A stretch of DNA of 64,000 nucleotides, from the NCBI RefSeq assembly GCF_009914755.1, contig NC_060940.1. The stretch is one strand, 5' to 3'. Positions 1-16,397 of the stretch are shown piece after piece; within the stretch, counting starts at the first letter, position 1; each line of letters starts with the position of its first letter. A program made the position numbers and the translations under genes. A model generated the notes under the pieces. The model ran no database searches. It was given only the letters and a program-made list of their open reading frames with translations, and had not been told where the DNA came from. Origin of the DNA: the human T2T-CHM13v2.0 reference genome, Homo sapiens.

Positions 1-723
1 AGACAGCCATTTACACAGAGGCAGCTCTCGTCATCAGATCCTTTCCTCTGGCAGGCTGTGATGGCCAGAAGGGAGGAGCAAGTAAAACGGTCACTAAGGG
101 CCTGAAGGCTGTCAGAAGAGCTTGCCATTTGGACCGGGTCCCCAGGGGATACCCCATTATTGCCTCAGGCCTGCTTTGGTCGTCATCTCAGAGTCAGACA
201 GCCAGGGCAGAAGAAAGAAGGCCGTTTCCAGCTCAGTTTTCCTCCTGGAGTCGTCTTTTGTTTTTTTCTCTGGCTTTTCACTGTAAGAGGCATCTATTTA
301 TGGGAATCTCAGCCACTTCCCTCTTCCTTTCCATGGGGCCTGGATCCCTGACCACACTCGATTAGGCTTCCTCCCAGACACCAGGGTGTTCGAGTGACTC
401 AGGGTCAGGACTGTCTACTTTAGGTGGAAACCCAAATCTCCTCTTCTATCTGCTGGGAATAAACATAGTGCTGACCATAGTGCGAGGTTCTGTGAGATTC
501 TGCCAGTGAAACAGTGCTCTCTGTGCTGGCCCTCATGTCCCATTTCCGACTCCGATCCCCTGTGCCTAGCACCATTCCCAGCATGTAGTAGGTGCTCAGT
601 AAATGTTTGCTACATGATGACTTCATTTTCATAGGGCAGAGGCTGAGTGCATAGACCAAATGATAATTCAGAAAAAAGAGATGAGCAGGGTTAGTTTCCT
701 TTCAGTGGTATCTTTTTATAATG

Positions 724-946
724 CAGGTTGAGTAGCTCTTTTCTGAAATACTTGGGACCACAAGTGTTTCAGATTTCTTTACATTTTGGAATATTTGCAT
801 TATACTTGTGGGTTGAGCATCCCTAATCCAAAAATCTGAAATCTGAGGTACTCCAAAATCCAAAATTTTTTGGGTGCCAACAGGATGCTCAAATGAGATT
901 GGAACATTTTGGATTTCAGATTTTAGGATTAGGAATGCTTAACTTG
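724..946 (+). mobile_element. MER46A/Tigger4a TcMar-Tigger MITE
   Basis: Termini caggttgag...cttaacttg followed by TA; internal gttgagcatccctaatccaaaaatctgaaatc motif. Confidence 0.8.
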
Positions 947-962
947 TATCACTATATATACT

Positions 963-1305
963 TTACTTTTTTTTAGAGACAGGGTCTTGCTGTGTTGCCC
1001 AGGCTGGAGTGCAGTGGCACCATCATAGCTCGGTGTAACCTCAAACTCCTAGACTTAAGCAATCCTCCTGCCTCAGTCTCTGGAGTAGCTAGGACTACAG
1101 GTGTGCGCCACCAAGCCTGGCTTGTTTGTTATGTTATGTTATGTTATGTTATGTTATGTTATGTTATGTTATGTTATGTTATTTTTGTAGAGGCAGGCTC
1201 TCACTATATTGCCCAGACTGGTTTTGAACACCTGGCATCAAGCGATCCTCCTGCTTTGGCCTCCCAAATTGCTGGGATTATAGGTGTGAGCCACCAAACT
1301 TGGCC
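963..1305 (-). mobile_element. AluJ with a pentanucleotide repeat in its linker
   Basis: Antisense Alu arms with J-type motifs (aagcaatcctcctgcc). Confidence 0.9.
1127..1181. repeat. (TGTTA)11 microsatellite
   Basis: Pure pentamer tandem repeat read directly. Confidence 0.95.
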
Positions 1306-2290
1306 TGTGTATCCTTTTAAGCTAAGACACTTTTAAGGAACAGGAGTTTGGGATTAAGGATTGAATTTTTCTCTCTTCTTCTTCTTTTTTTTTTTTTACT
1401 GTGAGTATTTTTAGGACTCTTATTATGTTTTTCCCCTTTGGTATAAGATGTGAATGAATGCTGGAGATTTTTACCTTTTAGCGGGATTTGATTACACTCT
1501 GGGAGAAGAGCTCCCGGTTTGAGTAAGAAATAGAGACAGGGAAATAGAACCTTGTAAGACTGCAAGTTATAGAGGTCAATTAAAGACACAGCGCGGTGAA
1601 AGCTAAAGGTGAAGCCACTCATTAAATGCAGTTTGTTCCCATGGTGGATGCAAACACGAGCTCACTTCATATAATGGACATTGGATTCCTCTTTATTTTG
1701 GTCCCACTGGCAAGGCTCTGTTTCTCTGTCCCGTTTCTGATCACCTCCACTTAAGCAGAAAAGATGGCCTGGCTTGGTAAGACTTGCTGCCTGTGGAACC
1801 ACTGCCCTGACTCCAAGCATCCATGCTGTCGGCTCCTTCCCCACCACCTCCGCTCTCTCACTTGTCCCTTCCCTTGTCTGTTTGATGAGGGAACCACCCT
1901 TTGGCAGAGCTTTGCTGTGTGTTTGGTGTGCATTTTTTTCCTTGCACCCTCTAGGCAGTCCTTATAATTTTCTTATTAGGCCCATTTTTCAGCTGAGCAA
2001 ATTGAGGTACAGAGAGGTTTTGTGACTCACCCAAAGGCACACAGCTTCATGGTAGCACCTGAATGTAAACCCAGGACTCTTTTGTTCCATACCACCACAC
2101 TGCTCACTCTTTATTTTATGTTTTCCAATTTCAAGCAAAATATGGTGTCTGTTGTGCTCCAGGCACAGCACTCTGGATGGTTTTAAACATTCAGATACTT
2201 CTGTGGTGAAGCTCTTAAACATGCCCATTCTTCATCTGCGAAGTGAATCTCTCCCTTTCTTATCTCTCCTTCTCACTTCATACATCAGGA

Positions 2291-2292
<2 letters not shown>

Positions 2293-2332
<40 letters not shown>
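2293..2332. repeat. (TG)20 microsatellite
   Basis: Read directly. Confidence 0.97.
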
Positions 2333-2335
<3 letters not shown>

Positions 2336-2359
2336 AGCATACTCATCACATGGTGTTTA

Positions 2360-2671
<312 letters not shown>

Positions 2672-2728
2672 GGCTCTTTGGAAACTTGTAATCTAGAGAA
2701 GGCAGAGTTGCCCAAAAGCAGAACAGTG

Positions 2729-3078
<350 letters not shown>

Positions 3079-3649
3079 TCATATATTTTTAAAAAAGGAC
3101 CTGGGGTTCTGTGATGCAGTAAGCCTGAAAACTGTTGGATTAGAGATAGTTTGATAGTCTTCCTTACTGTGGGATTTCCCTCAAGGGTCACACACGGGGG
3201 TGCTCCGTGCTTCTCCAAAGGGATGGGCTAGGTACAGCAGCATTTCCCAAAATTATTTCCCCAAGGAACACTATTGCAGTCATTATGTTCCAGAATTATT
3301 TCCCTGAGGAACATCTTCTCTAAGAAGATGGTCATGGAGCTATTTTCCGACGAGTGCATCTGGGAAAGGTAGGGCCATTAAATGTCATGTTTTTTTATTG
3401 ATGTACTAGCTAGCAGGGAGCTCATCAGAGCCTGCCTTATCTCATGAGCCTGCCCTGGCATGGAGTCTGCAGGGCCCGGAGGAGAGGAAGTGACATAGCG
3501 TGGCTGTGGGGTGCAGTGGGCCTGCCTGTGTTTAGTCCCAGGTCCAACTGGCCTCCCACCCACTCACCAGCCTGGTCAGAGTTTGGTCTAGAACAGCACT
3601 GCCTTTCCCAGGAACTTTGGGCCTCTGCCACCTGGGCTGTCTCTTATAT

Positions 3650-3922
3650 TCTGCATTTTCTCCCACTCTCTCCATTTCTCCTCCTGTTTTCGTGTCTTTG
3701 TTTCTTCTTTGGTCTCTGTGTGCTTCTCTTTTTGTTTTTCTTTTGTGTCTTTCTCTCCCTCTCTCTCCTTTTGTTTCTCTCTCTGCTCCTTTCTTTGTCT
3801 CTGCCTCTGTCTCTCTCTCTCTCTTTCTTTTCCTCTGTCTGTCTCTTCCCCCTGCCTGACTCTCTCTCTCTGTGGTTGCAATCCTCTCCCTCTCCCTTCC
3901 CTTCCACTCTCCCATTGTCTCC
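3650..3922 (+). repeat. CT-rich polypyrimidine low-complexity tract
   Basis: Strongly C/T-biased composition. Confidence 0.9.
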
Positions 3923-5968
3923 AGTTTAATAAAGATTTACATTGCTGTATGTTACCATGATAATTGCCATTCATTACAATTGCCCTGAAAAACTACAAAG
4001 CCTTTCCATCTCCCCTTCATCATCCAAGCCTTGTGTGTTTTGTGAGGGTCCCTGTGGAGTGGGCCATTGCCTGCCTTCCAGCATATGGCTGACCCCTGAT
4101 GAGTGTTTCTGGAGCACTTTGTGCTGTGGTGTTTGCCACTCTGCAGTACCACTTGGCGTTGACTTCCATTTTCCCCTGTGGACCTGGAGCTTCCCTGAGA
4201 CAGAGACTGTTGTCTTCATTTTCCTACCCTCAGAGCCTGGAACACGTAATCACTCAGGGAGCATATGACGTATACATCTGAGTGTACACCTGGAGTATCT
4301 CTGGCAACACTCTGTTCACTAGCACGTTCGATTATCCAGAAAGCTGCCTTCCTGTCTTGCTCAATAACACCTCATGTGGGTCCTCGCTGTGAGCCGTCTG
4401 TGTTACCTGGGGCACCTTGCTTCCTCTGAGATGACTGAGCTGATGGGAGAGAAAGATGAGTAATTTCATATCCAGGGATGAGATAGATGGAAAAACCCCA
4501 TCCCAAGTTTTGTAATAAGATTCACTATAAAATAAAATGCTCCCTGGGACTTTCTTGGTTTCTTTAAAACCTTCGGAGGGAGTGATCTCATTTGAGGGCT
4601 GATGCGATTTAAGTATGAAAGCTTAATAAGAAATCTATTTTTCTGCCGGGTGGCACTTGCCGCATAGCTAATGATCAAGTACCAAACTGTCTCCTGTCCC
4701 ACGGCAATGTTAAACTTCGTGTTCCAAATTATAAGAGGCTTTTTAACTCAGCGCTTGGACATCCCTGTTTTAATCATCTGCCGTCTTGAAGGAGATTATT
4801 TTTAAAAGTGCCATTTAAGAGGGGCTACTAAAAATATATCTCACATAGAGGCTTAACTCAGAAATATTAGCCTTTGACACAAAATTATTTGGAAAGATGC
4901 TTGTGGAACCCACTTTAAACCTCTAGATCGAGAGAAGAAAAGCATCTCTTTGGGCCTAGCTGTGTTTTCCTGACCATGGCTAAATACCCCAAGTGATCAC
5001 ATGCTCCTTGCTGTTCATGCAGGTGCTTCTTGCACCTGGGGGGAGTTGGAAGTATTAATATCACAGAGCTTTCTTTTCTGATGCACTTGTGTGAAACTCA
5101 TCTTTTACATGGCTTGCTCATCACCATGGGTGGTCAGTTTCCCCTGGGGACCCATGAGGGGCTGGACTCTAGGGTTTGAGTGGAGGAGTTTGGTTGTCCA
5201 AGGCATCCAGCTGTGGAACTTTACACTTCCCTGAAGATCAAAGTTTCGTGTCAGCTGGCAAATGCAGTGTATGCAAGCTTATCTTTAAAGCTGGTCCTAT
5301 GTTGATGCAAATAGAAAGCATTGGCAAGGTGCAAAATAATCAAGATTTAGAAACTTGGTACTCTATAATGACTTCAGCTGTGAGTCAAGAGAGGCATTTT
5401 CCACACTGGCTTACATCGCCTGTCGGTCACTGTGTTTTGTGTGGCCACTTTACCCAATGTGAGGAAGACTACGGAGATGTAGCAGACGTGGAAAATACAG
5501 TCCCTGCCTTTGAGAAGGTCAAAGCCCAGAATATATTTTGTGTGACTTGTGTCTCTCTGGCTTCACTTCATGGTTATTTGGCATGGAGACAGAGGTCCTG
5601 CTTGGATAATGCTGAGATCTTTCCTGCCACTGATCCTGAAGGAATGGAAGCTGGGATTGGAAGGCAGCTTTTTACCCCTCCGTTCTACCTGTCCTGTCTT
5701 CTCTTCTCCAGCATATGTTTGTGAATGCGTGGTTTGAGTTTGCCGCTCACAACGTCACCTGCAGGAGAAGTGACAGGCAGCGGCCACCAGGATTCTCCTG
5801 GGGCTCACATGCCCCTTGTTCTCATTTTAGTTACCACCCAGTCCTTCTTGAAATGGCCTCTCTGTTCTTTGAATTTCATCTGAACCAGGTGCACAGATAT
5901 GGATTCATCAAAATCCTGAGCTCATGACCCACATTCATTATTGGTGCAGGAAGGCCTGCTCTGATTGA

Positions 5969-6424
<456 letters not shown>

Positions 6425-6904
6425 TGATGTCATGAGCATGGGAAAGGGGTTCCTGTGCCTGGGGCAACCGCGTGGGACTCCTCTAGAAGCTGGTCTGGGC
6501 CAGGTCCTCTCCTGTACATGGTCAGGTGATGACACTGTCCTTGACCATTTCATTTCTGTCATCCTAAAAATGTGGACCCTCCCAGTGCTTTCCATTCTGT
6601 CTCAGTGCCACCTTGTAAATCTCACTGGCTATGACGCATCCCTCTAGATACTAAGTTAATTTGTTCAATTTCTGCTAAATTAACACACACAGTATTTCCA
6701 GGGATACATAATAACCACATGATTATGTTAATAGTTGTACAAGTCTTCTAACTAAATACATTATACTTATTCCTTAATTTAATATATTTATTTCCCTGCA
6801 TTGAGGGTTCACTTCTTGTTAGTCACACCTTCCGCACAAGTTGCATCTGATGTTCTATGTATTTTTTGAACGATTTCTTCTTATTTGAAAAAATCTTTCT
6901 TTGA

Positions 6905-7541
<637 letters not shown>

Positions 7542-8198
7542 TGAAGGTACATCTCTGCTTCCTTGTCTCTTGGGCCATCAGTCACGTAGGCACTTTGGGC
7601 GAGGCACTGAGCAGCACCAAGGGCATCTTCCGGCGTGTTCTGGGAGGCTTCCCCATCTCCCTGAAATGAGTTTATATAATCTCCTAGTAAAAGTCAATGC
7701 TGTTTCGCTGTGTGTTTCATGGAGTTTGGTTCCCTGGCCAGCTGGTCTGTGGGAACCAGAGCAGTTTGTGCCTAGATTCATTGCTGTCTCTTTTCTGGGC
7801 GACCAGCACGTTATGTGATTAGATGGGAATAGATATGTTTTGGTAAAGGGATCCCTGATTTAGTTGCAAAAAGCCAAGCCATTGGCTCCCTTTGACCTGT
7901 TCTTCTGGAAATAACCTCTTCTTGAGGGGTGGGCACCACCTTGGTATTACCTACACCCCAGTGTTCTTGGGCCACAGCTTTCTTGCCCATGAGGTCTGCA
8001 GAGCTGCCGTCCTGGTTTCTGAGGAAGGTGATTTTGTTGATCAGAGTTCAGATGGTGTTCTCCCAGATATTCGAAAATGGAGGGCCTTGTCCATCTCAAA
8101 GCGGTGGTTGGGGATGCAACTGATGTTGCCAGCCAGGCGTTGGGGATCAGCCAAGGCTTTTGATAAAGTTGGAAGAACTTCAAGCTCCTTTGGACCAA

Positions 8199-8574
8199 CC
8201 TTCCTTCCTTCCTTCCTTTCTTTCTCTCTTCCCTCCTCCCTCCCTCCCTTCCTTCCCTCTTTCCTTCCTTTCCTCTTTCCTAAATAGAGACAGGGTCTTT
8301 CTCTGTCCCTCAGGCTGGAGGGCAGTGGTGTACTTATAGCTCACTGCAGCCTCAAACTCCTGGGCTCAGCGATCCTTGCACTTCAGGCTGGGGAGAAGCT
8401 GGCACTATAGGTGCATACCACCATGCCTGGCTAATTTTGTTATTTTTAAAATTTTTTTGTAGAGACAGGGTCTTTCTATGTTGCCCATACTGGTCTCGAA
8501 CTTCTGGGCTCAAGCAATCCTGCCTCAGCCTCCCAAAGTGCTGGGATTATAGGCGTGAGCCACTGCACCCAGCC
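8199..8574 (-). mobile_element. AluJ with a (CCTT/CCCT)n-derived tail (8199-8281)
   Basis: Antisense Alu arms preceded by a pyrimidine tetramer repeat. Confidence 0.88.
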
Positions 8575-10033
8575 AGATTTTTATTTCTGTTCGGGGAGAG
8601 TGGCTTCCTTTCGTTTCTCCTGTCCAGGGTGTCATTGCCTATGCCAGCCTGAGTGTGTGGGCCTCCTGTGGGAATCGCCACACTGTCCTGTTAGAGCAAA
8701 GCTTGCAGCCAACTCTTGCCCCCAGTGCTGCAATGCAACGCAGATATTTTTTAGCTTTGTTTTAAAAATAATACGGCAGATGGCGAAGCAGGACCTGACT
8801 CTCGCCTTCGCCCTATGTCTTTTCGTCTGCTGTTTCTCCACCGAGTCCTGTCCCTCAGCATTTGCTCCTCCTGTTCCTTCTACTTCCATCGCTCTGCATT
8901 TTCACCATTTGTCTTTTAGAAGACATGGTTTAACATTTTTTCTAAGTTATATAAATAATATAAAAATACATTTCTGAAAGAATATAAATAATGCACAACT
9001 ATCTAGAGTACAAAAGACAAATGTTCCCTCCTAGCGATCCTGCTGTGAAGTGTTTGGTATATACCCTTCCAGGTATTTTTTATGCATTTGCATATAGGCA
9101 GGCATATATATACACACACACATGCCTAACGCACATCTATTTTTAACACAAATGGGATAATTTATACTGTTCAGATTGTTTTGAGACTTTGCATTCTTCA
9201 GTCATGAATATATGTCGACTTCCTCCTCTTTCACACTCTTCCAAATCTTCCCCATCCTTCAAGGTGTCATTCATTCTTTGAGAAAGCCCCTAGTGGCGCT
9301 GTCAATAGTGAGTTTTGGTAGGTACGTTTCTAATGTTCTTTAAATTCCTGTAATCCTCTTCCCCTCTGGACCGCTCACTTTGTCTAATCTTATGTTGTTC
9401 TTTGTTTATTCATTAGTTAATTAATTCCGTTGAGCTACACTCAGTTATTTGGCCCCCAAGAAGTTTGTCGTCGGTGGAAGACACAGACATACTAAACATA
9501 CCTTGCCCTGGAGGTTCATGAGGGGGTGGTAGATGGCAGGCTGTTGATGCACAGTAGTTGAATGAAAGAATGAGCAATGAGTAAGAAATAGAATTCTGTA
9601 GGTATCAAGTATAATGATGGCACAATGGTGGGGTTAGTTACCTGCTGGGGTATGTCATGGAAGGTTTCAAAGAGGAGACGTTTGACTTGAGTTTTTAAGG
9701 ATGAGTTGAAGTTGATCAGGAAGATGGGCCTGTTAGGCAGCGGGAATGGTGGTATCAATCGACATGGTTTGCTCACAATATTCTCATTGCTAGTTTCATG
9801 GATGTATCCTGTGGCTTCTCCATGAGATAATGAAGTTCTTGAAAGTGGGAGTGTCATTTACACTCCTACCTGCAGACAGGTATACTGGCACTTATTACAT
9901 ACCAAATCCTATTCCATGAGCTGTGCATGTAGTAGCAAGCACTGATGTAGGTTCTCATGTCTCCATTTTAGAGATGACAAGACTAAGGCACAGATAAGGT
10001 AGGCAATATCCCCAAGTCTCCATGTCCCCATGA

Positions 10034-10401
<368 letters not shown>

Positions 10402-11959
10402 CATATCCTCATCTTTAAATGGGTCTAGGAATGCCCACCAAAGAGAGTTGTATGAGGTTTTAAACAGTAAATGCCTCTAAATCATCCAAAGTAGGGAATA
10501 AAATATCAGCTTATATCATAAACTTGGTTAAAATAGCACTCTCCTGCTTTATTTTTCCTCATAATACTAATGCTACTTGGCATAGAGTTGTTTATTTGCT
10601 CTCTCCTTTGTCCATTTTATGTATGGCTGTGTCCCCAGCACCTGATACAGAGTATAAAGCATTGGCTGAATGCGTGAATCTTAGTTCCCGCTTTTCACCT
10701 TAGCATCCTGACTACCGATGCCCTGAACACACATGGTGAATTTGGCTGAAATGAAGCATTCTGTGCCTGCCCCACAAACCACCAAGGGACTGTGGGTTTA
10801 TTTGTCTCAAGATGGTCAACACTGCTGTTTTCACATTTTACTTGCTGTCAAATATAAAGAGATATCATATGTTGCCCGCCTCTGATTTTCCTGATGTCTC
10901 AATTTAAGTGGTTTCCAATTTGGGTATGAAATTATCCATCAGTCACAGAGAGAACTGGTGCCTTCAGCAGTGGCTGTTGGAATAAGCCAGGGCTTAACTG
11001 GGGAAGCTAATGGTGGAGGAGCAAGGGCTGGCTAGCAGAGGTTTGGCCCTGCTCCTCCAGGTCCCCTCTGGAATACCACTTCTCCCCACTGGATGGTGGG
11101 CTGTGTCTAGCCCATTCCCCAAGATCCAGTTTGGATGACACTTCACCTATTTATTCATTGGATGCTAATAGTGTCTTCCCTACGCCAGGGACTGACCTAG
11201 GCACCAGGGATGCAGAGAGCAGGCCTTGGTCACTGTCCCCTGGACTCACACAGTCTGCAGCTGGTGGAGGAGACACCATGTGAGCTGAGCTATAATGACT
11301 GAATCCAGTCCCTCACCAGATGCAGTAACCTACAAGTGTCTGTTGCTCAGAATGTCTTTATTTTGATCAGTCACTTCCACAGAGGACTGCCCAAAGAGAC
11401 GCCTCTGTCCAGCTCTCGGGTCTGTCTGTGTGGAGTACGAGGCGTGTAGCCCTGGTGATCGTAGAGTGATGTTAGATGTCTCAGGGTCAGGTGTTGAATA
11501 ATATGGGCTCTGCTTGGGAAGGTGTTCCCCTTTTCCTTTTGGCCATGCTGGTGAGGTCTGAGGTTGATGCTAGCCCGGCTTTAACTCTTGGAGACCCTGA
11601 CAAAGTGAGTGTGGGCCTCTGGGTCATGGTGCCGTCGGCCACTGGGAAGTTCCGAGCTCTCAGATGCGGCTGCAGTAGACTCCGCTCAGAAAGTCCAGAC
11701 GCCTTGAGGCCAAGGCTCACCCCCAGATCAGCTGCAGGAGAATCTCTTCGATGTGACCTGGGCACCTCTCACTGTTTTGCATGATTCTGATGCTCCTGAG
11801 GTTGAGAACCACTAACACTTAGGATTTAATCACATTTGGCTTTCATCAGATCCAGTTGCCTTCTAGTGATACTGGCTTTCTGTTTGCTAGAGTGATACAT
11901 ACTTTCCTTTTTAAGTAAATGTTATAAGTGAAAAAAGATGAATGGTGTAATCCCACCCC

Positions 11960-12028
11960 AGGGTCACTTGAGCCCAGGAGCTCCAGACTAGCCTGGGCAA
12001 CATAGTGAGACCCTGTCTTAAAAAAAAA
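11960..12028 (+). mobile_element. FLAM/Alu left-arm fragment
   Basis: cacttgagcccaggag...gagaccctgtct followed by an A tail. Confidence 0.8.
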
Positions 12029-12289
12029 TGCATGGATTGAAAAGGCAACGTTATTCAGCAACAGTGCAAGTGGGAGGCGAGTGTAGCAAGAATCCTGGTG
12101 GTGCTTTGTGATGCACCGGGGTTTGGGGAACACTCCTCTAGATTTTATCCATGGATTGCAGTTTTAGCCCCCATTATTTTGGTGCCCATAGACTCATTGG
12201 GAATGATTTGACATTATGCCAATGACTCATTAAGTGCAAACAGCAGAAATAGCTAAATGAAACAATTTAGAAATAGCTAAAAGGTACAA

Positions 12290-13178
<889 letters not shown>

Positions 13179-13425
13179 GGAATATCACTGAAGACAGCCC
13201 CCACGCCACGTCCCTGGCACCTTTACTGGCCCCCCGGGAGCGAGTTGTCACAGGCTGAATGCCAGGTGAAGCCGAGCAATCGCTAGTTATTTTATGGACG
13301 AAGTGAGTCTTACAACCGTGTTTGCACTGTACTTTGGTCACAAATCATCTGAGCCAAAATTACTGCTTCCCTGTAATTGATTATGTAGGAATGATTGATT
13401 GGTCGTATTGAAAATCTGTGGCAGG

Positions 13426-13785
<360 letters not shown>

Positions 13786-14184
13786 TCAATAACGTACTTT
13801 GTTTCCCTTCTCTTTCCTCTGTCTCTTTGCCCCGTTCTATCCTACATTGTATATTGTCTCACATGTCTGTAATTTCATGTCTTGAGGGTTGGTTTGGGGA
13901 ACTTGGTTTCTGTGAATTTTACTCTGTCTTGGCTGTTGGTTTCTGAGGTCCAGAGGTTTTTCTGGTTCTGGGGTTTTGTAACCAGGAGAATGTGGGCAAG
14001 GCTTCCATTGAAAGCCCCAAATCAGCTGGGGTGAAGACGGGGATCAAGGACCTGGGAAAGAATGGCCAGACTTTCTGTGTTCTCCAGGCCTATACAAGCC
14101 TTTCTGCTGCAGTAACTATGTGGTTTCAGGCAAGGAGCTTTACGTCTCTGAGCCTCAGTTTTCACAGCTGTAAAACAGGGTGTA

Positions 14185-14550
14185 GTATATTAGTCAACGT
14201 AGGTTCAGTTGCACTGCAGTAAGAATCCCGTAATGTCCTGAACAGAAAACACATAGATTTCTGTCTCTTTCATGTCACTTGTCCTTCGTGAAGTTGGCTG
14301 GGCCACTGCTCTGTGTTGTCACCATCCTCACCTGCAGACCCAGGTTGTGGCAGAGGGGCAGGAGACATTGGCCAAGCACATTCTGACTCTTAAAGCTTCC
14401 ACCCAGAAATTACATGTCACATCTCTCTTATTTCAATGGTAAAGCAAGTTCCACAGACACATCTAACTGCAGGTGGGTGGGGAGGGGCAGTCTCCCAGGC
14501 TCCTGGAAAGAGAGAGCATAGTTACTTGTGAGCGGTCTTGATCACTCAAC
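14185..14550 (-). mobile_element. Old MLT1 LTR fragment inside a MIR (MIR parts about 14060-14185 and 14550-14630)
   Basis: MLT1-like ctcttaaagcttccacccagaa motif; MIR core ctgagcctcagttttcacagctgtaaaa upstream. Confidence 0.5.
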
Positions 14551-15081
14551 GGGTAGGTTATGAGGCTTCAGGCAGGTAATAGATGCAGAGATGTGTGCGC
14601 CCGGTACGTAGTAGGCAATCAACAGATAGTAGTGCTGATGGTGGTTACGGTGGTGATGGGAATGATGCTGATTAGAGAACTAAAGCTTATCTCGGGCCTG
14701 CAGTTTACAAAACCTTTGTCTTCCTGAGCCACTCATTTAGCCCATGTGTGTTGAGTTTTTCAGTTTCCTGAGTTGTAGGTACCGTGCTTTGAACTCAGGA
14801 TCAAAGAGAAGACTGCCATGGTCTGTGGCCTTAAATAGTCCACAATCTCTCCTTGGCAACAGGGATTGAGGGTTTTCCTTTGGGTTTTCATTTTCAGGCC
14901 TTGGCATGGTTAGGAAATCTTACAAATAAAATAAATGCTGGAGCTGGATGAGGCCTTTGGGATCATGGTTTTTGTATTAGGATGATTCCAGTGGAAGAAA
15001 CAGAGAAGCCAGTACAAACTGGCCTCTGCAAAACAAGGAATTTTTTATATTAGATACTAAGAAAGTCCAGAGGTAGGTGAG

Positions 15082-15683
15082 TGCCTCATTGTGTTTTGTG
15101 TTGCTGCAAAGGAATGCCTGACACTGGGTAATTTATGAGGAAAAGTTTTATTTGGCTCACGATTCTGATGACTGGAAAGTTCAAGATTGGGTATCTGCAT
15201 CTGGTGAGGGTGTTTCCACTCGTGGCAGCAGAAGGCAGAGGGGAGCTGGTATGTGCAGAGATCACATCGATAAGAGTGAAAGCAAGAGAGTGGGGAGGTG
15301 CCAGGTTCTTTAAAACAACCAGCTCTTGGAGAAATAAATAGAGGCCAGGTGCGGTGGCTCATGCCTGTAATCCCAGCGCTTTAGGAGGCTGAGGCAGGCG
15401 GATTACCTGAGGTCAGGAGTTCAAGACCAGCCTAGCCAATATGGTGAACCTTGTTTCTACTAAAAATACAAAAATTAGCCGGGTGTGGTGATGTGTGCCT
15501 GTAGTCCCAGCTACTCAAGAGGGTGAGTCAGGAGAATCATTTGAACCTGAGAGGTGGAGGTTGCAGTGAGCCGAGAGGGCTCGGTCCCCAGCACCCAAAC
15601 ACCTCTCATGTGGCCCCACTTCCAACATTGGGGGATGAATTTCAACATGAGGTTTGGAGGGAGCAGGCATGCCAACCATAGCA
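15082..15683 (-). mobile_element. MSTB-family LTR interrupted by an Alu
   Basis: ctgggtaatttat...tttatttggctcacgattctg; ends tttcaacatgaggtttggagg...ccatagca; 5-bp TSD gtgag/gcaag (CpG decay of gcgag). Confidence 0.85.
15343..15576 (+). mobile_element. AluS lacking its 3' end and tail
   Basis: Alu sequence stops at gcagtgagccgaga. Confidence 0.9.
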
Positions 15684-16125
15684 GCAAGTGTCAGCTTCAC
15701 GGTGACCCAGAGACCTGGGATATCATGGAAACCTGGTACATTTCTGCCTGACTCCGTTCTCACTGCTCCCTTCCGCTCCCCCAGCCCAGTCCGTCTCCCC
15801 TCATGGAAACAGCAGTCGCTGCAGTGTTCTCAGGCTGTTTAGACTCAAGAGAAAGAGCAAGTCTCTGCCCAGGGTTGCCAGCAGAAACCCCCAGATTCAC
15901 TCTGAACCATGTTAGTTAATTGACCCATCCTGAACCAGTTACTACGGCCAGAAGGACAAGATATGCTGATTGACTGAAGTCAGTTAGTGCTCACCCTTGG
16001 ATCACATCTCTTGGAAGGATGGTTTCCCAACAGGAGAGTGGAGGTGGGGGCAGCAGACAGCCATACTCCACTCCTGTTTCCTGCCCCTTCTTTTCTTCCT
16101 TTTCTTAAAAAAATAGATAATGAAC

Positions 16126-16397
16126 TTATTTATTTTTGAGACAAGGTCTTGCTCTTTTTCTCAAGCAGGGGTGTAGTGGTGAGTCCCTGCAGCCTCACCC
16201 TCCTGGGGTAAAATTATCCTCCCACTTCAGGCTCCTAAATAGCTGTGACCATGCCTGGCTAATTAAAAATTTTTTTGTAGAGTTGGGGGTCTCCGTATGT
16301 TGCCCAGGTTGATCTTTAACTCCTGGGCTTAAGCGATCTACCTGCCTTGGCCTCCTAAAAGTATTGGGATTACAGGCGTGAGCCACTATTCCCAGCC
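16126..16397 (-). mobile_element. AluJ (diverged)
   Basis: Antisense Alu arms. Confidence 0.85.

Larger units (their letters stand above)
14972..16070 (-). mobile_element. Old MLT1K-like LTR hosting MST and Alu insertions
   Basis: MLT1K-like pieces at 14972-15081 and 15684-16070 (gatatgctgattgactg). Confidence 0.5.

Noticed and set aside
3444-3974. Overlapping Leu/Ser/Phe-rich and Arg/Glu/Lys-rich ORFs
   Set aside because: Translations of a CT-rich low-complexity tract.
5176-5724. 182-aa ORF
   Set aside because: Non-ATG start, no recognisable domain and no supporting splice structure.
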